DNA of 64,000 nucleotides from Nitrospirota bacterium. GTDB taxonomy: Bacteria > Nitrospirota > Thermodesulfovibrionia > Thermodesulfovibrionales > JdFR-85. Within the stretch, counting starts at the first letter, position 1, and the number at the start of each line of letters is the position of its first letter. The notes under the pieces are model-generated. The model searched no databases and was not told where the DNA came from. It saw only the letters and a list, made by a program, of their open reading frames with translations. Position numbers and translations under genes: made by a program. The stretch covers positions 15,926 to 79,925 of the forward strand of contig WGER01000001.1 in the NCBI GenBank assembly GCA_015492645.1. Reading direction: 5' to 3'. This document shows, piece by piece, positions 46,461 to 54,598 of this stretch.

Positions 46461-47512
46461 GCACGGGAAGGTTCTATCTCTTCATGCTCATAGGGATAAC
46501 CGGGATCCTTGCATATCTGTCCTTTCAGATAATAAGACCCTTTCTGACACCTATAGCATGGGCAATAGTTATGACAGTGGTCTTCTATCCCCTCTATGCA
46601 TATATTACGAGGTTCATAAGGTGGAAAGGCCTGGCTTCAGGACTAACCCTGGTGGTTGTTGCACTGATTATTATAGGACCATTCACATATCTTCTGGTAA
46701 ACCTTGCAGTGGAGATCAGGGACTTTCTCCATTATCTAAATACCAAGGGTATACCACAGATTGATGGATGGATGAAGACTGAAAGGGTAATCCTTTTGCA
46801 GGAACGCCTGAAAGAGGCATTGAACTTGAAGGAACTTGACCTGTCCTCCATGGTCTCCACTGCGGTCACCCGCTTGGGCAGGTCTGTACTGAGCAATGTC
46901 ACCACAGGGGTGGCCAATGTGGCATCTGTAGTTATAAACTTTGTATTTATGCTGTTTGCCATGTTCTTCATGCTGAAGGACGGCCCCGGATTCGTAGCAA
47001 GAATAGGTGACTACCTACCCTTTTCAGACCGACAGAAGGACAGACTCGCCACACAGATGAAGGATATGGTGATATCCACCATTTATGGAGGGGTTGTGGT
47101 CTCAGTTATACAGGGAATTCTTGGTGGCATAACCTTTCTGTTGCTCGGTCTTGGCGCACCAGTGCTTCTGGGTACTGCCACCGCAATAATGTCATTCATC
47201 CCTGCCCTCGGGGCCTTTGGAGTATGGGGCCCGGTCCTCGTCTATCTCATTGTGAAGAAACTCTACCTGAAGGCAATTATACTTTTTTTTGTAGGAACCT
47301 TTATAATAAGTATGGTGGACAATTTCCTGAAGCCCGTTATTATCAGCGGGCGTACCAGAATGCCCACGCTCCTGATATTTTTTAGTGTCCTCGGTGGATT
47401 GAGGTTCTTTGGCCTGATAGGTCTCGTCCTGGGGCCTCTTGTGATAGCAATGTTTATATCGGTTATTGAGATATTCAGAAATCTGGAAGGAGGTAGGTAT
47501 GGTAAGCCGTGA
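46457..47512 (+). CDS. AI-2E (PerM/UPF0118) family transporter
   Basis: 351 aa, ~8 TM, with ...DNFLKP.I... and GLIGLVLGP motifs. Confidence 0.8.
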   Translation: MSTGRFYLFMLIGITGILAYLSFQIIRPFLTPIAWAIVMTVVFYPLYAYITRFIRWKGLASGLTLVVVALIIIGPFTYLLVNLAVEIRDFLHYLNTKGIPQIDGWMKTERVILLQERLKEALNLKELDLSSMVSTAVTRLGRSVLSNVTTGVANVASVVINFVFMLFAMFFMLKDGPGFVARIGDYLPFSDRQKDRLATQMKDMVISTIYGGVVVSVIQGILGGITFLLLGLGAPVLLGTATAIMSFIPALGAFGVWGPVLVYLIVKKLYLKAIILFFVGTFIISMVDNFLKPVIISGRTRMPTLLIFFSVLGGLRFFGLIGLVLGPLVIAMFISVIEIFRNLEGGRYGKP

Positions 47513-48623
47513 AGAGTTGAGAGAACTGGAAGAGATCACAGCAGGTGAACACTATTATGTGAGCCTCTATCTTAATGTTGATCCAATTACAAATCCGAAG
47601 GGGGAATACATCACCCACCTGAAGAATCTCATAAAGGAGGCTGAAGAGAATACGCCCAAGGAGATATATAAGTCAATAAAGGGTGACATTGAAAGGATTG
47701 AATCTTATATAGTTACCAATAAGAGGGAGTTCAAAAGGGCGCTGGTGATATTTTCTTCTGGAATGACCGGCCTCTGGAGGATCTATCATCTGTCAGTGCC
47801 GGTAAAGAATCAACTCGTAATCGACATGACCCCCTGCATTGAACCACTGCTGGACCTGATAGATAATTACCCGAGATATCTTGTGCTTATTATAGACAAG
47901 GAACATGGGAGGGTTTTTATAGTACAGCAGTCAGAGATCATGGAGTATGCCATGGTACACACCCCTGATGTGCCGGGCAAACACAAAAAAGGGGGATGGT
48001 TTGCACTTGCAGAAAAAAACTATCAGCGACATATAGACTACCATGTAGGAATACATTTAAAGGAGGTTGAAAAGACCCTTGAGGACCTTCTACATAATGA
48101 GAGGATCGATATCATCTTTGTTGGGGGGCACGAAGAGGCGAGGACAAGATTTCTCCAGATATTGCCCCAGCATATCAGGGAGAAGGTGAAGGGGGAATTC
48201 AATGCGGAGATCCTTATAAGACCGGATGACGTCCTTCAGAAGGTCAGTCCATTAATACAGGAATATGAGAGGCAGAAGGAGAGGGGGTTGCTGGAGAGGC
48301 TCATAACCAAGGCACTGAAAGGTGATGCTGCAGTGCTTGGAGTGGATGATACAATCACAGCCCTCTGGGAGGGGAAGGTGCATATACTTGTTATTGATAG
48401 GGACCTTGCCATGAGTGGATTCAGATGTAAGGGATGCGGGTTTCTTACTGTCAACCATATGGATATCTGTCCTTACTGTGCTAATAATATGGAAGAGGTA
48501 GAGCATATAGGTGATTACATGTCTCAGAAGGCCCTTGAACAGGGTGCTACAGTTGAGGTTATTGCCTATGAAAAGGATCTGCTGAGAGAAAGGGGTGGTG
48601 TTGGGGCGATACTCCGGTACTGA
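47499..48623 (+). CDS. bacterial eRF1-like (baeRF/VLRF1-type) protein with C-terminal zinc ribbon
   Basis: C-terminal ...VLGVDDT..AL..G.V..L........CxxC...CPYC....E...........GA.VE.I.......GGVGAILRY. Start at ATG 47499 behind GGAGG. Confidence 0.6.
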   Translation: MVSREELRELEEITAGEHYYVSLYLNVDPITNPKGEYITHLKNLIKEAEENTPKEIYKSIKGDIERIESYIVTNKREFKRALVIFSSGMTGLWRIYHLSVPVKNQLVIDMTPCIEPLLDLIDNYPRYLVLIIDKEHGRVFIVQQSEIMEYAMVHTPDVPGKHKKGGWFALAEKNYQRHIDYHVGIHLKEVEKTLEDLLHNERIDIIFVGGHEEARTRFLQILPQHIREKVKGEFNAEILIRPDDVLQKVSPLIQEYERQKERGLLERLITKALKGDAAVLGVDDTITALWEGKVHILVIDRDLAMSGFRCKGCGFLTVNHMDICPYCANNMEEVEHIGDYMSQKALEQGATVEVIAYEKDLLRERGGVGAILRY

Positions 48624-48697
48624 TGTAATACCCATTACATTAACGAGTCGTTGGTTTAGGATAAAATAAAAAAGATCTTTAAGAAAGGAGGTCAAAG

Positions 48698-49057
48698 ATG
48701 AAAATCACATCATTAATGCTGTCCGTTTTAGGGGTTCTGCTCGTTGCAGGACTGGTCTTTGCGGGAGGTGATATACAGAGGGGCAAGGCCCTCTTTGATG
48801 ACCCCTCCCTCGGTACAAATGGTAAGAGTTGTTCCAGTTGTCATCCAGAAGGGAGAGGGATTAATGGACAGAAAGAGAGTTTCACAATTATGGGTAAAAA
48901 GCAGGCAACAATTGAAGATGCAATTAACTTCTGCATCCAGAATGCCCTGAAGGGTCAGGCACTCTCAAAGGACTCACCAAAGATGAAGGATCTGGCAGCC
49001 TATCTAAAGACACTGAAGGGAGAAAAGAGAAAGAGGAAGAGAATAAAAGGTTGTTAA
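48698..49057 (+). CDS. periplasmic monoheme c-type cytochrome
   Basis: Signal peptide, a single CSSCH and a Lys/Arg-rich tail. AAGGAGG RBS. Confidence 0.75.
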   Translation: MKITSLMLSVLGVLLVAGLVFAGGDIQRGKALFDDPSLGTNGKSCSSCHPEGRGINGQKESFTIMGKKQATIEDAINFCIQNALKGQALSKDSPKMKDLAAYLKTLKGEKRKRKRIKGC

Positions 49058-49065
49058 CCGCTGAG

Positions 49066-49407
49066 ATGTCAAAAGAGATCAGGGTCTTTAAGGTTTCTGA
49101 GTTGTTGAAGGGGTCCGGAGAGTACATACTCGGTGCAGAACAGACGGGTTCTCATGGTTGCTACCTCATCTATGGTGTAATGGGGCCGGGTGAGAAGGGG
49201 AGATTGCTCAAACCTGGCAGAGGTCATGAGGAGATAGTGTTTGCTGTGAGGGGAGAATTCGGCATATCCGGGGAGTACACTGGAAGACTGAGAGAGGGTG
49301 AGGCAATCCATCTGCGTGGTGAGGAGACCTGTTTGATGGACAACCTCGGCCCCTCAGAGGCTGTGTATATAATAGCAGGTGGACACTCTGAGGGTGGGCA
49401 TCATTGA
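49066..49407 (+). CDS. cupin-fold small protein (tentative)
   Basis: ~113 aa with a G.HEE....V.G pattern resembling cupin motif 1. His-rich C-terminus. Confidence 0.35.
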   Translation: MSKEIRVFKVSELLKGSGEYILGAEQTGSHGCYLIYGVMGPGEKGRLLKPGRGHEEIVFAVRGEFGISGEYTGRLREGEAIHLRGEETCLMDNLGPSEAVYIIAGGHSEGGHH

Positions 49408-49997
49408 AGCCCGAGCAGACCCTGTAAGCCGAGTCTTATCATCATTACTGCTATTGATGCGAGCAGTATGGCCATCAACTTCGAGATTGCAAGGACCCCT
49501 TCTTTCCCTATGATTCTCACCACTCTGGTGGCATTCTTACACAGAAGCCATACTATAAATAGGTTGAGCAACAGAGAAAAAAGGGTTATAATTACACCAT
49601 AGTGGTCCACAAGCACAAGCAGGGTGGTGAGAAGGGCTGGCCCAACAATCATCGGTACACCAAGAGGAACAACACCAATGGTTGTTGTAACTGACTTCTT
49701 CCTGTGCCTTCCCTCTTCCTTAACGAGTTCAAGCACCGCGATAACCAGCAGTACCAGACCTCCTGCCACCTTAAAGTCATCCACAGTGATGCCCAGAATC
49801 CTGAATATACCCTCTCCTATTGCAACAAACCCTATGCTCACACCAAGGGCTGTCATTATAGACTGATTTATTACCCTCCGTACAGCATCGGGAGGTAACC
49901 CCCTTGTGTAACTGATAAAGAAGGGTAGAAGGGCAAAGACATCAATCGCCACGAATACTGGTATAAATACTTCTGGGAACTCTTTTATGTCTGGCAT
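49401..49997 (-). CDS. MarC (UPF0056) family membrane protein
   Basis: 198 aa and 6 TM, with ...FVAIDVF...P.F and GE.I...LGI motifs. Confidence 0.8.
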   Translation of the reverse strand: MPDIKEFPEVFIPVFVAIDVFALLPFFISYTRGLPPDAVRRVINQSIMTALGVSIGFVAIGEGIFRILGITVDDFKVAGGLVLLVIAVLELVKEEGRHRKKSVTTTIGVVPLGVPMIVGPALLTTLLVLVDHYGVIITLFSLLLNLFIVWLLCKNATRVVRIIGKEGVLAISKLMAILLASIAVMMIRLGLQGLLGLQ

Positions 49998-50025
49998 ACC
50001 TCACCAGGTCCTCAATGGTGTCTAT

Positions 50026-50103
50026 CTAACCATCAACCCTGGAGAGGGTCTCCTCCAGAACCGCCTCCTCGTTCAATACTGGCATTACAATAGGGATTCT
50101 CAT
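50026..50103 (-). pseudogene. 25-codon remnant resembling the N-terminus of a family-2 glycosyltransferase
   Basis: The minus strand encodes [25 protein letters not shown]. This matches the IPV(L/Y)NEE...L N-terminal signature of GT2 enzymes and ends at TAG. The ATG overlaps the macro-domain stop (TGATG). Confidence 0.3.
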
Positions 50104-50642
50104 CAGAGTTTATCGAATTCAGCAACAAAGTGTTTCAGGGTTTCGTTATCAAAGATGCAGAATTCCACCACTTCCAGGGATGTATCAGGATTTTCCTTTA
50201 AAAAACTCCTGGACTCTCCCACCAGTATCTGGGCACATCTGTCCTTCGGAAACCCGAAGATTCCTGAACTTATCGCAGGCATAGAAATGCTTTTAAACCC
50301 CTTTTCTGTAGCAAGCCGGAGTGCACTCCGTACAGCACTGCGGAGTTTGTTGTCCTCATCTCCTTCACCCATCCTGGGACCCACAGCATGTATCACAGCC
50401 TTACAGGGGAGGCTTCCGGCTGTAGTTATGGCCGCAGAGCCAACAGGTACATAACCTATCCTGTCGCTCTCCTGCTGGATCACCTGTCCACCCTTTCTGA
50501 CTATTGCACCTGCTACCCCTCCTCCATGTTTCAGATGGGAGTTTGCAGCATTCACGATCGCATCAACATCCCTTTCAGTGATATCCCCCTTGACAAGTCT
50601 GAGGACCTTCCCGTTCACCCTTTTTTCACTGATAACCTCCAT
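50103..50642 (-). CDS. macro domain protein (ADP-ribose/O-acetyl-ADP-ribose hydrolase family)
   Basis: GDIT...[18 protein letters not shown] and ...[13 protein letters not shown]... motifs. Confidence 0.9.
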   Translation of the reverse strand: MEVISEKRVNGKVLRLVKGDITERDVDAIVNAANSHLKHGGGVAGAIVRKGGQVIQQESDRIGYVPVGSAAITTAGSLPCKAVIHAVGPRMGEGDEDNKLRSAVRSALRLATEKGFKSISMPAISSGIFGFPKDRCAQILVGESRSFLKENPDTSLEVVEFCIFDNETLKHFVAEFDKL

Positions 50643-50705
50643 AACAGCCCTCCTTAGTTCAGTTTTTTAATATTTTACAAAAATTGGGACTGGGTTTTTC
50701 AGAAA

Positions 50706-50723
50706 GTTTAGAAGTTTCTAAAC
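50706..50723. promoter_or_regulatory. perfect 8-bp inverted repeat GTTTAGAA-GT-TTCTAAAC, candidate operator
   Basis: Read directly. It lies 3 nt upstream of the -35 box of the dsrE-like gene promoter. Confidence 0.45.
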
Positions 50724-50726
50724 ATA

Positions 50727-50756
50727 TTGACAAATTATCAACACTCCGTTTATAAT
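50727..50756 (+). promoter_or_regulatory. sigma-70 promoter TTGACA-N18-TATAAT
   Basis: Consensus hexamers ~30 nt upstream of ATG 50787, which has a GAAGGAGGAG RBS. Confidence 0.6.
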
Positions 50757-50786
50757 TGAATAAATCCATTAAAGAAGGAGGAGAAG

Positions 50787-51185
50787 ATGGCGGCAAAGAA
50801 GATGGCGATTGTGGCCAGCAAGGCCACCCTTGACATGGCTTATGCCCCACTTGTAATTGGAGCAACTGCTGCCACACTTGATGCAGATGTGAGGATATTC
50901 TTTGCCTTTGGTGGTCTTAATATCCTCCACAGGGAGAAGAACAGGAATCTGCCACCTCCACAGGGAATGGAGGAACTCCCTCAACTGGCTAACAATGTCG
51001 GTTGGGCAGGCATACCAGAGATGCTCCAGATGTGTAAGGATGCCGGCGTTAAACTGATCGCCTGTTCCGCAACAATGAAGATGCTTGGTTACAAGGAAGA
51101 AGACCTGATCGAGGGTGTCGAGGTAGCCGATGCCGACAGATTTGTAGAGTTCGCACTCGAGGCAGACTCTACCCTATTTATTTAG
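50787..51185 (+). CDS. DsrE/DsrF/DsrH-like family protein (cytoplasmic)
   Basis: 132 aa. MAIVASKATLD... and ...KLIACSATM... conserved-Cys pattern. Confidence 0.7.
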   Translation: MAAKKMAIVASKATLDMAYAPLVIGATAATLDADVRIFFAFGGLNILHREKNRNLPPPQGMEELPQLANNVGWAGIPEMLQMCKDAGVKLIACSATMKMLGYKEEDLIEGVEVADADRFVEFALEADSTLFI

Positions 51186-51213
51186 CCCCTTCTGCTCAGA
51201 ACCCCTTTCTCAT

Positions 51214-51237
51214 AGGCCCTGCCTGATGGCAGGGCCT
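51214..51237 (+). terminator. terminator-like hairpin after dsrE-like gene
   Basis: AGGCCCTGCC-TGAT-GGCAGGGCCT (10 bp). No strong U-tract. Confidence 0.5.
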
Positions 51238-51428
51238 CTATCTCCCTACAAGATAATGTAAACCCTGTTCAGTTAGGCAAAAAGGGTGTAACTCTGGCAT
51301 CGGCACTCAAGGTATCACTGGATTTAATGCCTCACTTTAACCCTTATTCACCTATGAATCTATTACAGGCCACGCCTATGGCGGTGTAATTCTGAGCAGA
51401 TGACAAGATGAATTTTTGTCCCCATAAG

Positions 51429-51437
51429 TGCTATATT
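51429..51437 (+). promoter_or_regulatory. extended -10 box TGCTATATT, 5 nt upstream of ATG 51443 (leaderless candidate)
   Basis: Read directly. Confidence 0.4.
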
Positions 51438-51442
51438 TTTAT

Positions 51443-52387
51443 ATGCCCGCTAATCTACCTCCTGAGTACTTTGAGGTTGAGAAACGGTTTAGAGAAGCCC
51501 AGAGTATTCAGGAAAAGATTGCCCTTCTTGAAGAGTTAATTTCCACTGTTCCAAAACACAAGGGAACGGATAAACTCAGGGCAGAACTGAGAAGAAGACT
51601 CTCAAAACTCCGTCAGGAATCCGAAAAGAGGAAGAAGTCAGGCAGAGGCGACCTCTACAGTGTAGAGAAAGAGGGGGCTGCACAGATTGTGCTCGTAGGC
51701 CTTCCAAATTCTGGCAAGTCCTCCCTCCTGGCAACCCTTACCAATGCACGTCCTGTTATTGCATCTTATCCTATGAGTACTGTAATGCCCATGCCAGGGA
51801 TGATGCCCTTTGAAGACATACAATTTCAGATTGTGGATCTGCCACCTATAGGGAACTCATCTACAGATGGATGGGTCTCATCAATTATAAGAGGGAGCAA
51901 TCTTATGCTGGTTGTGATTGATCTGTCTGATGCACCTGAGATACAGGCTGAACTCATACTGGAACAACTCCAGAAATGGAAGATCATCCCAGGTAAGCCA
52001 CTGATTCTGGTAGCAAATAAGGCAGATCTTGATCCTGAGGAAGGCGGGTTGAAGGCTCTCAGAGAGGCATTTAAAGATAGGTATCCAGTAGTGTCTGTTT
52101 CAACCACAAAAAAGACAGGGCTTGAAGAACTGAAAAGAATGGTATTTGAGCACTCAGGGATCATCCGTGTTTATACAAAGGAGCCTGGTAACAAACCCGA
52201 TCTTACCGTCCCCTTTATCCTTCCAAAAGGAGCCACTGTGCTTGACCTTGCCTCCTTAATCCATAAGGATTTTGTAAGAAACCTCAAATACGCCTGTATC
52301 TGGGGGTCATCAAAGTTTCCAGGTCAGAGGGTTCAAAAGGACTATCCTCTTCAGGACAGAGACATAGTTGAGTTACACGTAAGATGA
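51443..52387 (+). CDS. DRG/Obg-superfamily GTPase with C-terminal TGS domain
   Basis: G1 GLPNSGKSS and NKAD motifs and a C-terminal TGS-like ...G..V.D.A..IH.DF. Start moved to MPANLPPEY (51443). Confidence 0.8.
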   Translation: MPANLPPEYFEVEKRFREAQSIQEKIALLEELISTVPKHKGTDKLRAELRRRLSKLRQESEKRKKSGRGDLYSVEKEGAAQIVLVGLPNSGKSSLLATLTNARPVIASYPMSTVMPMPGMMPFEDIQFQIVDLPPIGNSSTDGWVSSIIRGSNLMLVVIDLSDAPEIQAELILEQLQKWKIIPGKPLILVANKADLDPEEGGLKALREAFKDRYPVVSVSTTKKTGLEELKRMVFEHSGIIRVYTKEPGNKPDLTVPFILPKGATVLDLASLIHKDFVRNLKYACIWGSSKFPGQRVQKDYPLQDRDIVELHVR

Positions 52388-52484
52388 CGGTATTCATTTT
52401 TGGAAGAATATTCCTGCTGCAAAATTGACTTATATCATGAAAAAATATTATTCTAAAAATCTAAGGTTAATTTGTTTTGCTGAT

Positions 52485-52560
52485 GGGCCGCTAGCTCAGT
52501 CGGCAGAGCACCGCCCTTTTAAGGCGGGTGTGCGGGGTTCGAATCCCCGGCGGCTCACCA
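52485..52560 (+). tRNA. tRNA-Lys (anticodon UUU)
   Basis: Cloverleaf read by eye: acceptor GGGCCGC/GCGGCTC, anticodon arm CCGCC-CTTTTAA-GGCGG, T-loop GGTTCGAATCC, encoded CCA. Confidence 0.9.
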
Positions 52561-52570
52561 GAAGGGAAGA

Positions 52571-52629
52571 CAGAGTCAGAAGTCGGATCTCTGAATATCT
52601 GATTTCTGACTTCCGATTTCTGACTTCTG
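52571..52629 (+). other. long imperfect hairpin in the tRNA-Lys/tRNA-Glu spacer, containing a 13-nt direct repeat (GATTTCTGACTTC x2)
   Basis: CAGAGTCAGAAGTCGG (52571-52586) pairs with CCGATTTCTGACTTCTG (52613-52629) over ~16 bp with one bulge. Followed by TTTTG. Confidence 0.5.
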
Positions 52630-52635
52630 TTTTGC

Positions 52636-52713
52636 GTCCCCATCGTCTAGCCAGGCCTAGGACACCGCCCTTTCAAGGCGGTAACACGGGTTCGAATCCC
52701 GTTGGGGACGCCA
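52636..52713 (+). tRNA. tRNA-Glu (anticodon UUC)
   Basis: GTCCCCATCGTCTAG...CCGCC-CTTTCAA-GGCGG...GGTTCGAATCC...GGGGACGCCA. Close to the canonical bacterial tRNA-Glu. Confidence 0.9.
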
Positions 52714-52752
52714 TTTTTTCTGAACATTTTGGTCTATCTCCTTTATCCCCTC

Positions 52753-52768
52753 TGTACAAAAATGTACA
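52753..52768. promoter_or_regulatory. TGTACA-N4-TGTACA repeat, candidate enhancer (UAS) for the sigma-54 activator
   Basis: Two self-palindromic TGTACA hexamers one helical turn apart, ~45-55 nt upstream of the -24 element. Confidence 0.3.
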
Positions 52769-52808
52769 TTATGATGTCAAAGTTCCTCTGTGAATTAAGC
52801 ATGTAAAC

Positions 52809-52824
52809 TGGCACATCTTTTGCT
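52809..52824 (+). promoter_or_regulatory. sigma-54 (-24/-12) promoter TGGCAC-N5-TTGCT
   Basis: Exact match to the TGGCAC-N5-TTGCW consensus. A TATAAT box (52826-52831) overlaps just downstream. The first ATG of the following gene is at 52838. Confidence 0.7.
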
Positions 52825-52837
52825 ATATAATGTTGTC

Positions 52838-53215
52838 ATGAGACAGATGATGATACACTGGGCTGTGTTTCTTATCCTTATTACTTCAGTTTATGCAGGT
52901 CCCTCTAAGAGACTTCTGTTTTTTTATGATGAAAGTTGTAAATGGTGTGAATATATGCAGAAGGTCCTGGAGGATAGGGATGTGAAGAGAATGTTGCATG
53001 AAATAGAGGTTATAAAGATAGATACGCAGAATAACAGAAAAATCGGTCCATGGGGCAAAACCGCAAGGGAATTAACAGACCTCTACATGATCAGGAGTGT
53101 ACCTACGCTCATTTTTGAGGAAGAGGGTGGCAAGGAACTGCTCAGGATACCAGGCGCTATAGAAAAGAAGGACTTGGTTGATTTGCTCTGTGAGTATATC
53201 CTTAGTAAGTGTTAG
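52838..53215 (+). CDS. exported thioredoxin-fold protein (CxxC)
   Basis: Signal peptide and CKWC motif in a thioredoxin-like context (...FFYDESCKWCEYM...SVPTLIF). Start moved from TTG 52820, which lies inside the promoter, to ATG 52838. Confidence 0.7.
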   Translation: MRQMMIHWAVFLILITSVYAGPSKRLLFFYDESCKWCEYMQKVLEDRDVKRMLHEIEVIKIDTQNNRKIGPWGKTARELTDLYMIRSVPTLIFEEEGGKELLRIPGAIEKKDLVDLLCEYILSKC

Positions 53216-53280
53216 TCCCCCTCAAAGGCCGGATTCTGGCAGAGGTGGGTAGTATAAATTAATCTTTCAAGGAGGTCACA

Positions 53281-53760
53281 ATGAGGAGTTTGGCAACTCT
53301 GATGTTAGGGATTTCTCTTGTCGTTGGTTCTCTTACGGTGGCCAATGCAGATGAAAAGGTGAGAAAAGCAGTATATCACTGTGACTTCGGTGATGCAAAG
53401 AGGTTTGATGCAATGTTGAGAAATATTTATAATTTGGTTAACTACTACACCACAAATGGCATCTTCTATGATGTCAGGATGGTGGCAAACTCCGCCTGTG
53501 TCCAGTTTTTACTCAAGGACAAAGCGGGAACCAAGTTTGCCAAGAAGCAGATCCCTCCAAAACTGGCAAAGGCCATAAATGACAGAATGAAGACACTGGT
53601 GGATGCCTATGGTGTGAAGTTTGAACAGTGCAGTATAACCCTCCAGAGATTAAACATTGACAAGAAAAAATTGGAGCACTTTGTGGCTACTGTACCCTCT
53701 GCACAGGTAAGAGTTGTGGAATTACAGGATGAGGGATTCGCATATATAAAGGTTAAATGA
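53281..53760 (+). CDS. periplasmic DsrE-family (COG1416-like) protein
   Basis: Signal peptide, ...KAVYHCDFGD... and ...MVANSACVQFL pattern. AAGGAGG RBS. Confidence 0.55.
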   Translation: MRSLATLMLGISLVVGSLTVANADEKVRKAVYHCDFGDAKRFDAMLRNIYNLVNYYTTNGIFYDVRMVANSACVQFLLKDKAGTKFAKKQIPPKLAKAINDRMKTLVDAYGVKFEQCSITLQRLNIDKKKLEHFVATVPSAQVRVVELQDEGFAYIKVK

Positions 53761-54239
53761 AAGGGAGAGTTCGTCATATGGAGAGAAGAGAATTCTTGAA
53801 ACTCTGTCTTGCGGTGTGGGGTGCTACATTATTATGTGAACCATTTGTGGAAACAGAGGCTGCAGAGGATGATGAGGCAAGGTTGAAGAGGGTCTTAAAG
53901 GAGAAATTTGGCGGTAGAGAGATTAGACCCTCCTCCAAGATTAATCTGAGTGTGCCGATAATAGCCGAAAATGGTGCTGTGGTCCCAGTAAAAGTGAGTG
54001 CAGATATGCCTATGAAGGTCTCTTTATATGTAAAAAAGATCTATATATTTGTGGATGGGAATATGAACCCTTATGTGGGCAGTGTAGAACTTTCCCCAAA
54101 GAATGGTAGGGCAGAGGTTGCAATGAGAATCAAGATGAGGAAGACTTCTCCTGTCAGGGCAGTAATAGAAATGAGCGACGGTTCTCTGTATACCACAATG
54201 AAGGAAGTGAAGGTTACCAGGGGGGGTTGTGGCGGATGA
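53757..54239 (+). CDS. soxY: sulfur-compound carrier protein SoxY
   Basis: Tat signal (RREFLK) and the diagnostic C-terminal GGCGG swinging-arm motif. Alternative start at ATG 53778. Confidence 0.9.
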   Translation: MKGRVRHMERREFLKLCLAVWGATLLCEPFVETEAAEDDEARLKRVLKEKFGGREIRPSSKINLSVPIIAENGAVVPVKVSADMPMKVSLYVKKIYIFVDGNMNPYVGSVELSPKNGRAEVAMRIKMRKTSPVRAVIEMSDGSLYTTMKEVKVTRGGCGG

Positions 54240-54256
54240 ACTCAGGAGGACAGGGG

Positions 54257-54589
54257 ATGAGTGAAATAGGTAAGATCAGATTCAGGATACCGAAAAATAT
54301 AAAAAGGGGGCAGATAATACCAGTAAAGGTCCTTATTAGACATCCCATGGAGACGGGGTTCAGAAAAGATAAAGCCACGGGTGAGACAATCCCAGCATAC
54401 TATATTAACCGGGTAGAGATATATTACTCAGGAGAGTTGATAACCCTCTTTGACTGGACAAGGGCTATAAGTGCAAATCCATTGATTACCTTTTATCTAA
54501 GGGCGGATAAGAAGGCACCACTCCGAATAGTATGGAAAGACAACAAAGGTGGCGTTTACGAAAAGTCAGTGATGATAAATCCTCAATAG
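54257..54589 (+). CDS. soxZ: SoxZ
   Basis: ~110 aa with ...IRFRIP....G.I..VK.LI.HPMETG... typical of SoxZ. AGGAGG RBS before ATG 54257. Confidence 0.85.
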   Translation: MSEIGKIRFRIPKNIKRGQIIPVKVLIRHPMETGFRKDKATGETIPAYYINRVEIYYSGELITLFDWTRAISANPLITFYLRADKKAPLRIVWKDNKGGVYEKSVMINPQ

Positions 54590-54598
54590 GGGAAGATC

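Noticed and set aside
52601-52626. Direct repeats in the tRNA spacer as a CRISPR or other array
   Set aside because: There are only two 13-nt copies with no spacer-repeat periodicity. They are explained as alternative arms of one hairpin.
53216-53280. TGGCAG-N5-GGTAG upstream of the periplasmic dsrE-like gene as a second sigma-54 promoter
   Set aside because: The -24 element has a mismatch and the -12 region lacks TTGC. The gene is more simply co-transcribed from the consensus promoter at 52809.
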